NCBI GenBank assembly: GCA_977018835.1
Contig: OZ361260.1
Location: 310,001 to 374,000, forward strand
Reading direction: 5' to 3'
Length of the DNA stretch: 64,000 bases
Source of the DNA: Minutocellus sp. GHC0000111
Lineage: Eukaryota
The position numbers were made by a program, and so were the translations under genes. Shown one piece after another: positions 47,332 to 58,895 of the stretch; position 1 is the stretch's first letter; each line of letters starts with the position of its first letter. The notes below the pieces were generated by a model. The model did not search any database. It worked only from the letters and a program-made list of their open reading frames with translations, and was not told the DNA's origin.

Positions 47332-47640
47332 ATGCCGCTGCTCAAGATCTTCTCTCGGCAGGCTCTGCGGGTGTCCGCTGATGTGCTCCACCCTCCACTC
47401 CAAAGAATCTGGAATGTACCGGCCGATGTGCTGAAGGTCCTCGTCTGTCCAGTTCATGACATGTCTGGTGCGGAGGATGTGTATATCGATGTTCGAGCGA
47501 AAGCAAAACCGGAACGAACGCAGGAGGTTGTCGACCAAGCCATGGCAGACATGAATAAATTGTTCAGCGAGCACGGATATTCCGCCAACATTCGAGTGGA
47601 GCTTTATGATCCAAGTCTACAGTCGGCACTGAAACCGTGA
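47332..47640 (+). CDS. Tautomerase/MIF-superfamily small protein
   Basis: Begins M-P-LLKIF (Pro1 after Met removal); beta-alpha-beta pattern twice; KPERTQE. Confidence 0.6.
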   Translation: MPLLKIFSRQALRVSADVLHPPLQRIWNVPADVLKVLVCPVHDMSGAEDVYIDVRAKAKPERTQEVVDQAMADMNKLFSEHGYSANIRVELYDPSLQSALKP

Positions 47641-47830
47641 TCTAATTTATTTGCCATCGACAAAATAAAAGGGTAACTACATTGGACATGCAATTTTTGG
47701 TAGCGCTACTTTGGCTGGAGAGATTCCCTGTCCTACATATCTTAGACAATCTAGTAACTCCGATTAGTGAACAAGATGCGTTTATAATCTTATGTCGTTG
47801 TGCATTGTATTATGTATATAAATCCATGAA

Positions 47831-49055
47831 TCATATTCCAAACACCTCTGTCTCTATCAAATTGCACGACAAATCGTGGCGGATCTCTGCAATATCATCG
47901 CATGCTCTCGCAATGTTGGTCGACACAATGCCCGAATTTCGTCGATTCCTTCCCGCCAGCTCAACAAACACTGGGCCAGACACGTCTTCATCGCACTGCA
48001 AACAATCATTCAGGGCGCAATTCTCCTCCTTGTTGGGAGGCATAGGATTTGTTAGTAGCGGCAGGCAAGCGTTGAGACACGAGAATGGAAATGATGGATT
48101 CGGCGGTAGACTTGTGAAGTACACATTGATGACCCATGCAAGGGCGCAATTAGCTGTCATACCAGACTGTTGCATGCATTGTATCAGCTGATCATTGCGA
48201 TTTTCGTCGGCTGTGTTGGATGTGGCCCATTGCAAGTAGCACTTGAATGAAAGATCGTAAAGATCTATCTGATCATTGAGATAAACTCCGAGGTCCTGCG
48301 CCGAGCTACAATACCCACAAGCGCCGGTGTGGGTAATGAAAGCCTCCTCTTGAATTGCCTTATTGCGACTTGCGTATGTTACCATCCGATATGCGTTAGG
48401 GGCAGGATTCATAGGGTGAGCCTGCGTGGATACGTCATCCAGAATAACATCGTTGCTATCGTCTCGAAATTTGGAGAGCCAATCATGTCAGCATCAATGT
48501 CTCCGTCCGACACGCACGGGTGTGTAGGAACAGGCTCGTTGCCATCGAAAACCACAAACCGCACCAGGGTTCGAACTCTCTCGTCCCACCACAGCATCGC
48601 ACAAGGGTAAGCCAACACCATCGTTCGGTAGAAATGGAATCGGTATTGAGTATGGCGGTAAACTGAGATGCTCGAGACTGGGATAACAGAGCTTCTGGCT
48701 TGAACTATCGTCGTAGTTGGAGGGCAGGCCTAGCAAAAGATACTTGGCAATGGTTTGCCGGTCATACTTTGCCTGTAAGTTAAATGTTGGACAAGCACCG
48801 CCTTTCCCATCGGCAGGTCGGCACCAGCCGTCGCTGCACAGCTCTGGTGCTGGCGAGGTTGGCAGCACCGGGGGGGGAGGTGGGCTTGGCAGCTGGGATA
48901 CTACCGCCATGGTTGGCGAGGAAACGATCCCAGTATTCAGCATCTTCTTCAGCCTCTACTGACAGCTTTTGTCCAATACGACTGGCATCGGCAGAGCAAA
49001 GGCACAATGCTGTTAGGACTGCCGATGCTGAGCAGCAGGCGGAGGGCTTGACCAT
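47831..49055 (-). pseudogene. Secreted Cys-rich protein (THxGACGxCS..QDLxVY / CLQCDE..SGP.F..AGR.RR.SG family), frameshifted
   Basis: Signal peptide at 49055; +1 shift in 8-C run (48870-48877); in-frame TGA-TGC-TGA at ~48488-48496, possibly inside a 96-nt GTGCGT..ACGCAG intron; conserved C-terminal ORF 47831-48412. Confidence 0.7.
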
Positions 49056-49478
49056 GGCTCTCCTTTGGTGCTTTGGCCAGGATACATGTAATGTTGCAAT
49101 GTAGGCCTAGGAATAACCAACAGGTTCAAGCCACATGTTTATATATTGTATTCATGTCTGTATATTTGCATATTTAGATTGAGTCGAGTCTGCCAGTCAT
49201 TTCTGTCTGACCGTCCGCAAACTCACTAAAAAATCTCATCGCTAACCACTGCCGGTAGAGCGCTGACCACTTACAAAACACGCGCTGGTCAAGGGAACAA
49301 CAACCCTGCCAAGGTAGCAAGCAATCTTGGCAACGATCCACTTCGCAATTCGCCTTGAGGAGGAATTCAATAATCCCGCGTCTTGTTCCTGCTTCGAGCA
49401 CGCGATTCCAGAGTATAGAAGAGCTGTCAAGTACATGTAGTTTTGGACGTCTGTAGAATTTTTACACACAGCACAAAC

Positions 49479-51158
49479 ATGCCATCGACAACACGCGAGC
49501 AGAGAGGATTCGTCAAAAGCAGTCATCATTCGCACCGGCAAAAGCAGCGAGGCAAAGCCAGCGGAAAGTCACGCAGTAGCAGTCGCAGTGGTGCTGACAG
49601 CGATACGGTGCGGTCGGAGGGGTCCATCTTGGCCAGCATCCTCCAGTGCCGTCCCATCCCATCGAACTCTGGGCTCGCCAGTCAGTTCAATGACATCGTA
49701 GAGCACGTATCGTCTGGATATTCAAGCGACGAGACATCCTCTAGCTACGATAGCGAGTACAGCAGCGACGACGATGACGGCAGTAGCTGCAGCAGTGGCT
49801 ACAGTAGCGACAGCAGTCTCGAGCTGGAAGTAGTCTCTCGCGGTCGAAGCGCTCGAAGCAAAATGGGCGTCAACAGCAATCGTCATCGTTCTGATCGTCG
49901 TAGTCGTCGCAGCCCGCCGCCCACCTCCCATTATCGGCGCAGCATCCAGAAGAGTAAAAAGGATGGTCGGTCTGAGGAAAAATCCGGTAGCGCCAAAAAA
50001 GCCAATCCGAGCGAGCGGGCTGATGCCAAGAAGAAGCAGGTCCCAAGTCCAGCCAAGGCGAAGCCGGCGACCCAGACTAAGACGAAGCCAAAGAAGGCTG
50101 CCTACACCGACGACGAGACCGCGGACAAAACCCGCAAGCGAGGAAACCGAAGGTCCGATAAGAAGTCACAATATGAGGAAAGTGCTCTACGCGACGTAAG
50201 AATTCCAAGCTACATCAAGGAAGAGGAGGAGGAGGACTTGAAGAGCGATGAAGAGAATAGGAATTATTCTCCATCGCGGCCGAAGAGGGCTGAGAGGCAT
50301 GGTCGCGAGCGCGAGCCATTTTCTTCTCAAAATGCAAGTGGTCTGGCCAATAGCTCTATCAAACACGGGCAGCAAAGTTTTGATAAGCGTGCCATCTCTC
50401 ACGGTGCTACGAAGTCCACGTCGCTGTCTTCGGCATCTTCTGGATCCTCAGCAACATCCTTCAGCCTCAACACAAATTTTAACTATTCCAATTCTGCAGG
50501 GAAAAATGCCCACAACCACGGAGAGGGCCGAGACGATTCGTCTTGCAGTAGTAATTCTCATTCAAGCTCGTCTTCAACGTCAGAGACCGAGTTTTCTCTC
50601 AACACAATGCAACCCCCTCATCGCTCTCCAGTGGAAACGAGTGACGACTTCGTTGACTTGTGCGTTCCACAAGGAGATCTTCATATTGAGCTCGAGAACT
50701 CGACCCACGGTCCTATAATTTCCAGTATTTCAGCAAAGACCGTGGCACCAGCTCTTCGAGTTGGCGATGTCATTGTTGCTTTGGATGGAGTCAGTGTGGA
50801 GAGATTTCCTCCGTCATCCGTCTTGGAACTCCTCAATGCACGTCCCAGCCAGCCCGTTCGAATCCTTAAGGTCAAGCAAGGAAGCGCTGCCATGGGATTC
50901 CATGCAATTTTGCAAGCCAGAGCCCAGACCAAGCTCAAGGAAGAAACGAAATCGGCCCTGGATGATATCGAGAAGATGAATATTTGTAGAGGTAGTGATA
51001 ATAAGCAAGGCAGCAAATCCAATAGTTTCTGCAACGAAAACGGAGGTGGCGTCCAGTCCGCCAGGAAGGAACTGAAAATTGAAACAGCTGCATCGCCTAC
51101 CGATGCTGATGAGGTTTCTTTGTTTACAACCGTCCCCCCTGGAATGTACCAAGTTTGA
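49479..51158 (+). CDS. Ser/Lys/Arg-rich disordered protein with PDZ domain
   Basis: VPQGDLHIELE..GPIISSI..LRVGDVIVALDG. Confidence 0.75.
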   Translation: MPSTTREQRGFVKSSHHSHRQKQRGKASGKSRSSSRSGADSDTVRSEGSILASILQCRPIPSNSGLASQFNDIVEHVSSGYSSDETSSSYDSEYSSDDDDGSSCSSGYSSDSSLELEVVSRGRSARSKMGVNSNRHRSDRRSRRSPPPTSHYRRSIQKSKKDGRSEEKSGSAKKANPSERADAKKKQVPSPAKAKPATQTKTKPKKAAYTDDETADKTRKRGNRRSDKKSQYEESALRDVRIPSYIKEEEEEDLKSDEENRNYSPSRPKRAERHGREREPFSSQNASGLANSSIKHGQQSFDKRAISHGATKSTSLSSASSGSSATSFSLNTNFNYSNSAGKNAHNHGEGRDDSSCSSNSHSSSSSTSETEFSLNTMQPPHRSPVETSDDFVDLCVPQGDLHIELENSTHGPIISSISAKTVAPALRVGDVIVALDGVSVERFPPSSVLELLNARPSQPVRILKVKQGSAAMGFHAILQARAQTKLKEETKSALDDIEKMNICRGSDNKQGSKSNSFCNENGGGVQSARKELKIETAASPTDADEVSLFTTVPPGMYQV

Positions 51159-51345
51159 AGAAGCGGAGGAACGTGAGCAAATTACTACTGCCACAAAAAT
51201 ATTGACAAAGTGCAAAAGGCGAGATAATTTATATCATAGAAACTGTAATAGGAAAGATGAACTGATTTAAAACAATTTATAGTTGCATACAAATATATGT
51301 ATCAGTAGTGAGTTATCTCCCTATGATAGATGTTCAGAGTTTACA

Positions 51346-53174
51346 TTACATGTCTTCGATTTCTTGAACACGGAGCATATGGGGGCCAAATTGTTGTTCA
51401 GAATCTGAAACGTTGGATTCTGAATGATAGCTATCTTCCATGTCGGGGTAACTTCCCACGTCTCCCTCTTCAATCATTGCATTGTCAGATATCGCTGATA
51501 TATCCTGGGGATCTTGTCGGTATTCTACTTCTCCATCGCCGCCACTCCCTTCTCTTTTCACTGTACTGAACGGCCGGAGAGACATTTGAGATAGAGAGGC
51601 CGATTCTTCACCGGCCGAGTTTCTACTTCGAGCATCGGATGGTTTGCCCCGGTTGGTGCTGCTACCCTTGCTCAATTTCTTTGCGAGCTTGGAAGTGCTC
51701 TGAGATTGCTCGTAGTACAACGGTGCACCACCCGATCCACCCCTCCCACATCACGACCGGAGATATATCTTTCACCATTGTTTGCCCAAGCTGCACCTCC
51801 CCACCCCACATTCTTGTCGCCATCTGGCTCTGACAGTCCTTCACCTTCTCCTGGAAGCGGGCGGAAAACATACCAAGCACCAAAGACACCTACTGCAAGA
51901 ATCACTCCAATGATGATGCCGGCGATAGCTCCACCAGACAAGCTTTGTGAAGGTGCTGGAGGCGGTGTTGGCGCCAACGTTGGTGCCGCAGTGAAAGGGA
52001 CATCGCTTATATCAACCGGCGTACTAGCTCTTAGGTCCTGAAATGTTCCGGCATCACCAGTGGGATCGTTTGACTTGAGGCGATTGAGATACTCGTCCCG
52101 ATCCGAACGCGTGAGGAATGGATAAGTGGCAAACGATCTTGGATTGACCACTTCCGTTGGAAGTGTATCATTTGTGGTCCAATAGTAAAAGATATTCTGG
52201 CTGTACAGTAGAGTATTGAGCCGCAGAGTAGGATCCGTCGGATCCACGGACTGGAGCCCTCTTGGTGTGTGTCTCTGGTGATTGCTCGGACTTCTACTTG
52301 ATGCACCCCAGGCCTTTGCAGTCACATGTTGCTTAGACAATATTCTCGTACGCGAAGAATTGTATCGCGGTACATCAAATTTCCCAGTAGAAAGATGCCG
52401 GCGTGTCCCCTCTCCGGCAGTTGTATTGTACGATGTTGTATTGTCCCCATCTGTCAGAAATGAGTTGCGGCCACCGGGAAACCCAACTCCTCTGGCAGCA
52501 TTCATCAGGTCCATCACCATCGACTCAGATAATTCGTCTCCCTTTTTGACGTCCTGTTCAACGTTGAAGGTTTCTACCGACACAATATCGACCGGCCAGA
52601 TAACGGGGAGGATATTGCCTTCAGGGCCGATAATCTCCTTGATATCTCTTCCCCACCAATCAACGATCCACTGGCTGGTAGTTTCCGACCAGTAGTCGAA
52701 GCTTTCCTTATTGGGCAAAAAGTCCAATCCCAAAATTGACATTTTGGCGTACGGGAATTCCTCCAAAGGGCGGACAAAAGTTGGCGCCGCAGTTGGATCG
52801 GTTGTGGGGACGCCCGTTGGGCTGGATGTCGGTGCCTTACTCACCGTCGGTTGGGAGGTAGGCGAAGACGTTGGATAGCGCGTCGTCGTTGGTTGATGCG
52901 AGATGGTCGGCGAGGAGGTTGGCGTCGGGGTGATTGGTGCTGCGGTAATGGGTGCTGCCGTGGGAGAGGACGACGGTGTCTTTGTGGGCGTGGTGGATGC
53001 TGCAGGGACCAAGATTGTTGGCAGACTCGTCGTGCCTGGACTCGGAATGGTGGTTATCGTTGATGGAGCAGGCGGCGGGTTGGCGGTTTCCTGCGCACGT
53101 GCAGTCCTGCCCCCCCCCGTGGCCGAAAGGACCGTGGCAGCGACCAGCCACATCTTTCTCCCTCTTGTATACAT
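51346..53174 (-). pseudogene. Type I membrane protein with Pro/Thr stalk, RXL motifs and TM; 1-bp frameshift at 51740-51743 in the cytosolic tail
   Basis: Signal MWLVAATVLS..ARA-QE; PTSSPT repeats; RRHLS, RGLQ; TM LSGGAIAGIIIGVILAVGVFGAWYVF. The tail continues in another frame as GGSGGAPLYYEQSQ.. (ORF 51346-51720). Confidence 0.7.
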
Positions 53175-54141
53175 GTTGAGATTTTCACGATGGACGATGG
53201 CATCCTCGGAATGCGATGTTGGGTCTAAAGACGCCAACATCTTGAAATGGAAAGAGAAATAGATGATAATATGAGGCGATCTGCAGAAGAAAAAGTGCGC
53301 GGTCAGAAAGATACAGCTCTCGATCTCACGTGCCGGAAAAGAAGCGTCCAAACGAAGGCTGGTGACAACGAAGGGGAGTGGCTTTAGAAGCTGGATGGTG
53401 CGAGTATCTTTGAGAAATAGTGTGGATCGATTGCTTGGAGCCTTCTTCGAATCAGACGGAGCCGACACGGTCCATCCATCGGTCATCACTGAGTTCACTG
53501 TTGTTATTTGCTCGGCTCTCAGCTCTGAATCTCGGCGACTTTCGATTTCGTACGGTACGTACGGACGAAACTTTCAGAAACAAACCCTAATCCTCGAGCT
53601 AACCCTATCAGATGATCGCGCAGCACTCCCTCCAAAAACAAAGACGGCGGTTTGCTACTAATGGGTTTGCTGAACTTGAGGGTTTATCGACTTTTGACCG
53701 GTATTCAAATATTCTGCCGTAAAATAACTTACTTAGAATTAGGCTCGAATTATACCCACGAGTTTCTGACCCTCATGCTATGCAGTTCAACAAGCCTAAA
53801 ATGTACGTTGCTCCGGATAAAGCAAGCTGGATGTGGGTACTAGTACAACTCCCTCCGCTGACTACGACTTGGTTGGCACGATCGTTGCCCCACTCTCCTC
53901 TCTCCCCAGGAAGAAAGAGAGCAAGCCCAGCGAGTCCCGGTAATAACGCCTACTTCGTTGTGCCCTTTGACTCTCTCCGGTCGTTTCAGTTACCGTTTTA
54001 CTTATCCAGATACGCACAAACGAACGCCGCCGCCGTTTTGTTCTGTTGAAAACTTAATTACATCATTGGATCGGCATTTGGCATTCACTTCTTCCATTGC
54101 GGCTAACGAACGCACAGGCAATTACTACGTAGCTAGACAAT

Positions 54142-56469
54142 ATGAAGCTCTTTACATCGAGCAAAGCAATGCTCCTGGCCATGGCTCTGCTGGTCATTAT
54201 GGCCTCCAATGCGCCCTCGGGCGTCGTCATGGCACAGCCAGCCGAAGCCGAGGAGGTACCTGCTGCCGAGAAGGGGGAGAAGGAGCAAGACGAGCCCACG
54301 ATGGCAGTGGTAGATGAGGCACCCGCTGCCGAGAAGGAGGAGAAGGAAGAGAAGGAGCAAGACGAGCCCATGATGGAGGTGGTCGACGAAGCTCCGGCCG
54401 AGAAGGAGGAGAAGGAGGCCGAGCCGGTTCAGCTTCCGGAAACGGAGCCTCCCGTTGCGGCTCCCACTGAGCCGGTTGTTACCGAGGCTCCTGTCCCGGC
54501 TCCCACCGAAGCACCCGTTGTTGCCCCGACCGAGCCTCCTGTTCCGGCTCCTACGGAGGCACCTGTTATGGCTCCTACCGAGCCTCCAGTTGTCGTTACC
54601 GAAGCACCAGTTCCGGCTCCTACCGAGCCTCCAGTTGTCGTTACCGAACCACCTGTTGCCGCTCCCACCGAGCCGCCAGTTGTCGTTACCGAACCACCTG
54701 TTGCCGCTCCCACCGAGCCGCCAGTTGTCGTTACCGAACCACCTGTTGCCGCTCCCACCGAGCCGCCAGTTGTCGTTACCGAGGCCCCCGTTGCGGCGCC
54801 CGTTGCGGCACCCACGGAGCCACCAGTCATCGTGACAGAGGCCCCCGTCCCCGCTCCTACCGAGCCGCCAGTCGTTGTGACACAGGCCCCTGTTCCAGCT
54901 CCTACCGAGCCAGTTCCGGAAACTCCTGAGCCGACTACTGATGATTTCCGCCTCGTACCAACAGTCTCACCGACCGCTGCACCGGTCGAGCCAGTCGTTC
55001 CTGTCCCTCCCACTGCCGCGCCCGTTGCCGCTACCGCAGCTCCGACGACTGCTGCTCCCACCGCCTCTCCGACCGTCGCCGAGACAGCCGCTCCCACCAC
55101 CTCTCCCACGGCCATGCCCACCTTCGCCCTCGTCGAGGACTCCGTCGATGGTTTGGGCATTGCTCTCGACGGCGTCGTCCTGCCCCTCAGCGATGAGGCC
55201 ATCGCCACCTTCGAATCCACCTACGCCCTCCACTGCACCGACTTCTTCGCCGCCGATATTGAGCAGGTCTCCAGGGACGTGCAGGACTATTCCACCACCA
55301 TCACGTATGTGAGCGACGAGGCACTTCGCCGTCGCAGTTTGCGTATGACCGTCCGATCCGTCCTGGAGACCGGGACGGGCTCCGTCCTTGTTACGTACAA
55401 TCAGGACTTGCAGTACCGTGCCGACCCTGAAGTCATCGAGCTTACCAAGGCCGTCGAGGCCCCGTTCAAGACCGAGAGCCGTCGTCAGACCTTCGCTGAC
55501 CTGCTGGTTGCCAGTGGCGATCCGGCCTACGAGAATCTTCAGGGCGTTGGCAAGCTCGTTGGGCCCGACGACGAAGGACCCGGCGGACAGGACCCCAAGT
55601 CCAATACCAATGCTATCATTATTGGAGTCTGTGCTGGAGTTGGTGGACTCCTCCTCTTGGCCGGCGGATATATGCTGTACAAGAGACAAGCTGGAAAGAG
55701 CAGTTCCAAGGGCGACGTCGTTGGTGACGACGAAAAGCCCCCTAGCCAGCTTGCCGTATCAACGTGAGTTCGTTCGTGATTTCGTGTTCATATGCTTATT
55801 GCCAATCTATATATGGCTTGCCGTATATTTCCTATGCGCCTCTCACAAACTTCTTTCGTACTATATCCCGAATTCCAACATGATTGCAGTGCCGGTGGTG
55901 ATGATGGTGTCAGCACTCTAGCCGAGCCGGCGGGTCGTCCAAGTGGAACCCAATCCGGCGAGGAGCTCGCTGGTTATGGCGACCAGTCTGTTGCAACGGT
56001 CGACTATGACTATTCCAAAGCCTACGGCGGAAGTGGAGAGGGATCGGTCGTCTCCTCGGCGGGTGGAACTCTCGGTCAGCAGACCAGTGGAGGCGGTACT
56101 CTCGGAACTGCCGCCGCCGCCGGAGTTGCTGCCGCTGGCGGTGCCTCCATCTTCTCCGATGATGCCAGCTTCGAACAGCACTATGCTGGCCAGAACGTCA
56201 GCGTGAAGGAAGAGATGATCGAAATCTATGCCCCTCCCGGAAAGCTCGGCGTCGTCATTGATACTCCCGACGAGGGTGCTCCCGTCGTCCATGCTATTAA
56301 GGACTCCAGTTGCATCGCCGATCAGCTTCAGGTCGGCGACAAGCTTATTGCCGTTGATGATGAGGACGTCCGAGCAATGACCGCTATCAAGGTCTCCAAG
56401 ATGATCAGTCGGAAGAGTGCCAATGCACAGAGAAAGCTTACCATCGTGCGAACTACTGTATCCGAGTAA
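54142..56469 (+). CDS. Type I membrane protein: signal peptide, acidic repeats, TEPPV mucin-like stalk, SEA-like domain with RRRSL, TM, C-terminal PDZ; exons 54142-55763, 55890-56469
   Basis: Phase-2 GTGAGT..TTGCAG intron; TM AIIIGVCAGVGGLLLLAGGYMLY; SVATVDYDY; PDZ APPGKLGVVIDT..VGDKLIAVD. Confidence 0.88.
54443..54935 (+). repeat. Coding minisatellite, 45-bp unit encoding TEPPVVVTEPPVAAP
   Basis: Near-identical units at 54622, 54667, 54712 and a partial one at 54757, flanked by diverged copies. Confidence 0.9.
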
Positions 56470-57282
56470 AATCTTTTTTCTCTCCAGTTTTACTCGAAGA
56501 AGTTGAGAGTTTGCAAAAGCAATGGCCATGTTGCCATGGGGGGTTTAGATAGATCTGCAAAAATGATGTCGTTATGGCTTGGGAGATGTGTTGATTTATT
56601 CGTTTCCGTCCGAGGGCTCTCACAGTCCATGAAGGAGGAATCCGCACGTCATCCTGTCTACATACGTTTCGTCGCCATTTTGTCATTTGGTTGTTACTCG
56701 TAATATTATTGTTGTCCACTTTTTAGCACGGGATGGGCCATCCAGGCTGAACGAGGATTTCATGGCAAAGGAAGTGATTGGAGATAGAGGAAGGTCTGCT
56801 GCTGTCGTTGTCATTTTATTTTGAGACGCCATTTTCTCGCTCAAATGATGTGATTTTCATTCGCGTGCTAGTTCATTGCCTATTCATGATATTTTAATTA
56901 TTAAACTTATGAACGATCTTAGACTTTGGCAGCCTCTGCCGGTACCTGCTACCTAGCTACTAGTACGTAGAGATCTATGAGTATCATTTGCGGCATGTGA
57001 AGACTGAAGAGTGACCTTCCAAATAAATCGAGCACCCTCGGAAGGAGAAAAGCCTGCCAGGGCCTTTGGCGACTGGCCGGCGCGCACCTTCCATTTTTTC
57101 CCTCCAACCAACCCGACGTGCTGAAAGCCCCAAGGGGAAGAGCTGAAGTCCCGGATCACTGACGCGATTGAACGCAAGCACAAAAGCTGCCATTGAGTTT
57201 AGATATGCGCCGATACATGTCTATGTAGGTGTACATCCTTGCTGTGCATAAGGAATTCCTACCGTTCTGGTCAAGCACAAAA

Positions 57283-58653
57283 ATGACCACCAGTCCAACG
57301 AGCACGTTGGAGGTTCCGGTTCAAATGCCGACCAGGCATGCGAAGGATGTCAATGACGACGCAAAAAGTACACACAAGCCCCCCTCCAGCGCTGAAAAGT
57401 CCTCAGTGATCAAGGACCCGCGGCTTGTCAGGATAGATGATGAGATCAATGCCCTCTCGGCGGAAATTCTCTCCTATCTCCAGCACAAAATGGCCGAGGC
57501 GCAACGGACCAAGGTCCCCCCGCCGATGAGTCCACCGGCCATCCTGGCGAAGGAAATGAGGCTGGCCCAGTTGCGAGAGGAGCGCGAAACATTTGATGAA
57601 GAGCGGCGGGTTTCCGCTGCTGTGGCGGCCTTCCACGAGGACCATCCGCGGCAGACCGAGGGTTGTCCCCTTTGTGCGGAGCCGATCAACATCAACGAGT
57701 GGTCACGGTTCGCATATATGCCGTGCTGTCATCAGATCACCTGCCACGGTTGCTTACAGCAATGTGCAAGAGAGGAGGGTAAGGCGTGCCCGTTCTGCAA
57801 GCGGGAGGGAGGTGCATCCCTTGCCGACGACGAAAGGCTAGTATCCACCATCACCGAGGCCGATAACGGCAATCAATTTGCTCAGCTCTTGCTGTTTCAA
57901 TGCACTCAAGGCGTCCCAGAGTTTGAGGAGAAGCGACCGAGGTGGCTCTTGGATAGCGCCGAGCAGGGCTATGGCCGGGCTCTCTTCCGACTGGGTATGG
58001 CCCACACGGATGGCGAAGTGAAAGGAATTGAAGCGTGTCCTACAAAGGCTCGAGACTGCCTCCGACGGAGCGCCGAGCTGGGTGACGTAGATGGACAGTA
58101 CAATTACATCTACGCCTTGATTCGGGAAGGGGATGTCCGCGCCTCCAAGCAGATGCTCACTGTGGCTGCAGCTAGCGGTAGCCAGGAACAGGGTTGTGTG
58201 TTGGCTCAGCATGCCCTCGGGGTCCACTACATGTGCGCCGAGCAGGAGAAGTTGGGGTCAAAGGCTCGCGCCAAGTATTGGTTCGAGCTTGCCGCCGAGC
58301 ATGGACATCGCAAGTCCAGCCTTTACGCTGCGCTGACCCTGGCCGATAGTGCTGGGAAACGATACGAGCTGCATGGATGCCCCTGTTACGCCGGGGATGA
58401 CTCAATGACCCGTGCCATATTGTTGGCAAGAGAAGCCATGGAGGCTTGCGTAGAGGCTGGAGACGAGCTGAGTGTCAAAGAATCGAACATCCTCCGTGAT
58501 CTGGAGGCCAGAGCAGGCAGCTTTTGTGCCTCTTGTTATTCCACGGACAAAAAGTTGATGGCATGCGGCCGCTGCAAGACCTCCCATTATTGTAGTAAGG
58601 AATGCCAACTCTCCCACCGCAAGATTGGCCACAAGCTGGTCTGTAAGAAGTGA
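57283..58653 (+). CDS. RING + Sel1-repeat + MYND zinc-finger protein
   Basis: CPLC..PCCHQITCHGC..CPFCK; Sel1-like SAEQGY..ALFRLG and WFELAAEHGH; MYND CASC..CGRCK..YCSKECQ..H..GHK..C. Confidence 0.9.
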   Translation: MTTSPTSTLEVPVQMPTRHAKDVNDDAKSTHKPPSSAEKSSVIKDPRLVRIDDEINALSAEILSYLQHKMAEAQRTKVPPPMSPPAILAKEMRLAQLREERETFDEERRVSAAVAAFHEDHPRQTEGCPLCAEPININEWSRFAYMPCCHQITCHGCLQQCAREEGKACPFCKREGGASLADDERLVSTITEADNGNQFAQLLLFQCTQGVPEFEEKRPRWLLDSAEQGYGRALFRLGMAHTDGEVKGIEACPTKARDCLRRSAELGDVDGQYNYIYALIREGDVRASKQMLTVAAASGSQEQGCVLAQHALGVHYMCAEQEKLGSKARAKYWFELAAEHGHRKSSLYAALTLADSAGKRYELHGCPCYAGDDSMTRAILLAREAMEACVEAGDELSVKESNILRDLEARAGSFCASCYSTDKKLMACGRCKTSHYCSKECQLSHRKIGHKLVCKK

Positions 58654-58895
58654 CCGAAAAAAAAAACACCACCGAGAGACATACACCGCACCTATGTATC
58701 TATATCTATCTATGGTAAAAGACACGAGAGAAACTTTTCTTTTACATGGTTTCAACCCTCTTCGATGTTGTACACGAATTATTATGAATGTTTCATCGCA
58801 CAAGTTGTTATGGATCTTAGATAACTAAGTCTTCTATAACGGCAAAGTGCATTTGTTATTCAAAAGTGCAAGAAAGAATTTTACGAATTATTCAT

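Noticed and set aside
49174..49401. Possible 3' remnant of a lost gene (RGIIEFLLKANCEVDRCQDC..)
   Set aside because: Coding-like but short, with no ATG and no recognisable family; cannot be supported without a search.
53735..53790. TPP riboswitch (ggctcgaattataccc resembles ctgaga..ataccc)
   Set aside because: The CUGAGA core is broken, the downstream CCUGA..GCG-AGG elements are absent, and there is no thiamine gene nearby.
54443..54935. CRISPR-like array
   Set aside because: In-frame coding tandem repeats with no unique spacers or cas genes, in a eukaryotic context.
56950..57200. Short ORFs or ncRNA upstream of the MYND gene
   Set aside because: No recognisable motif or structure.
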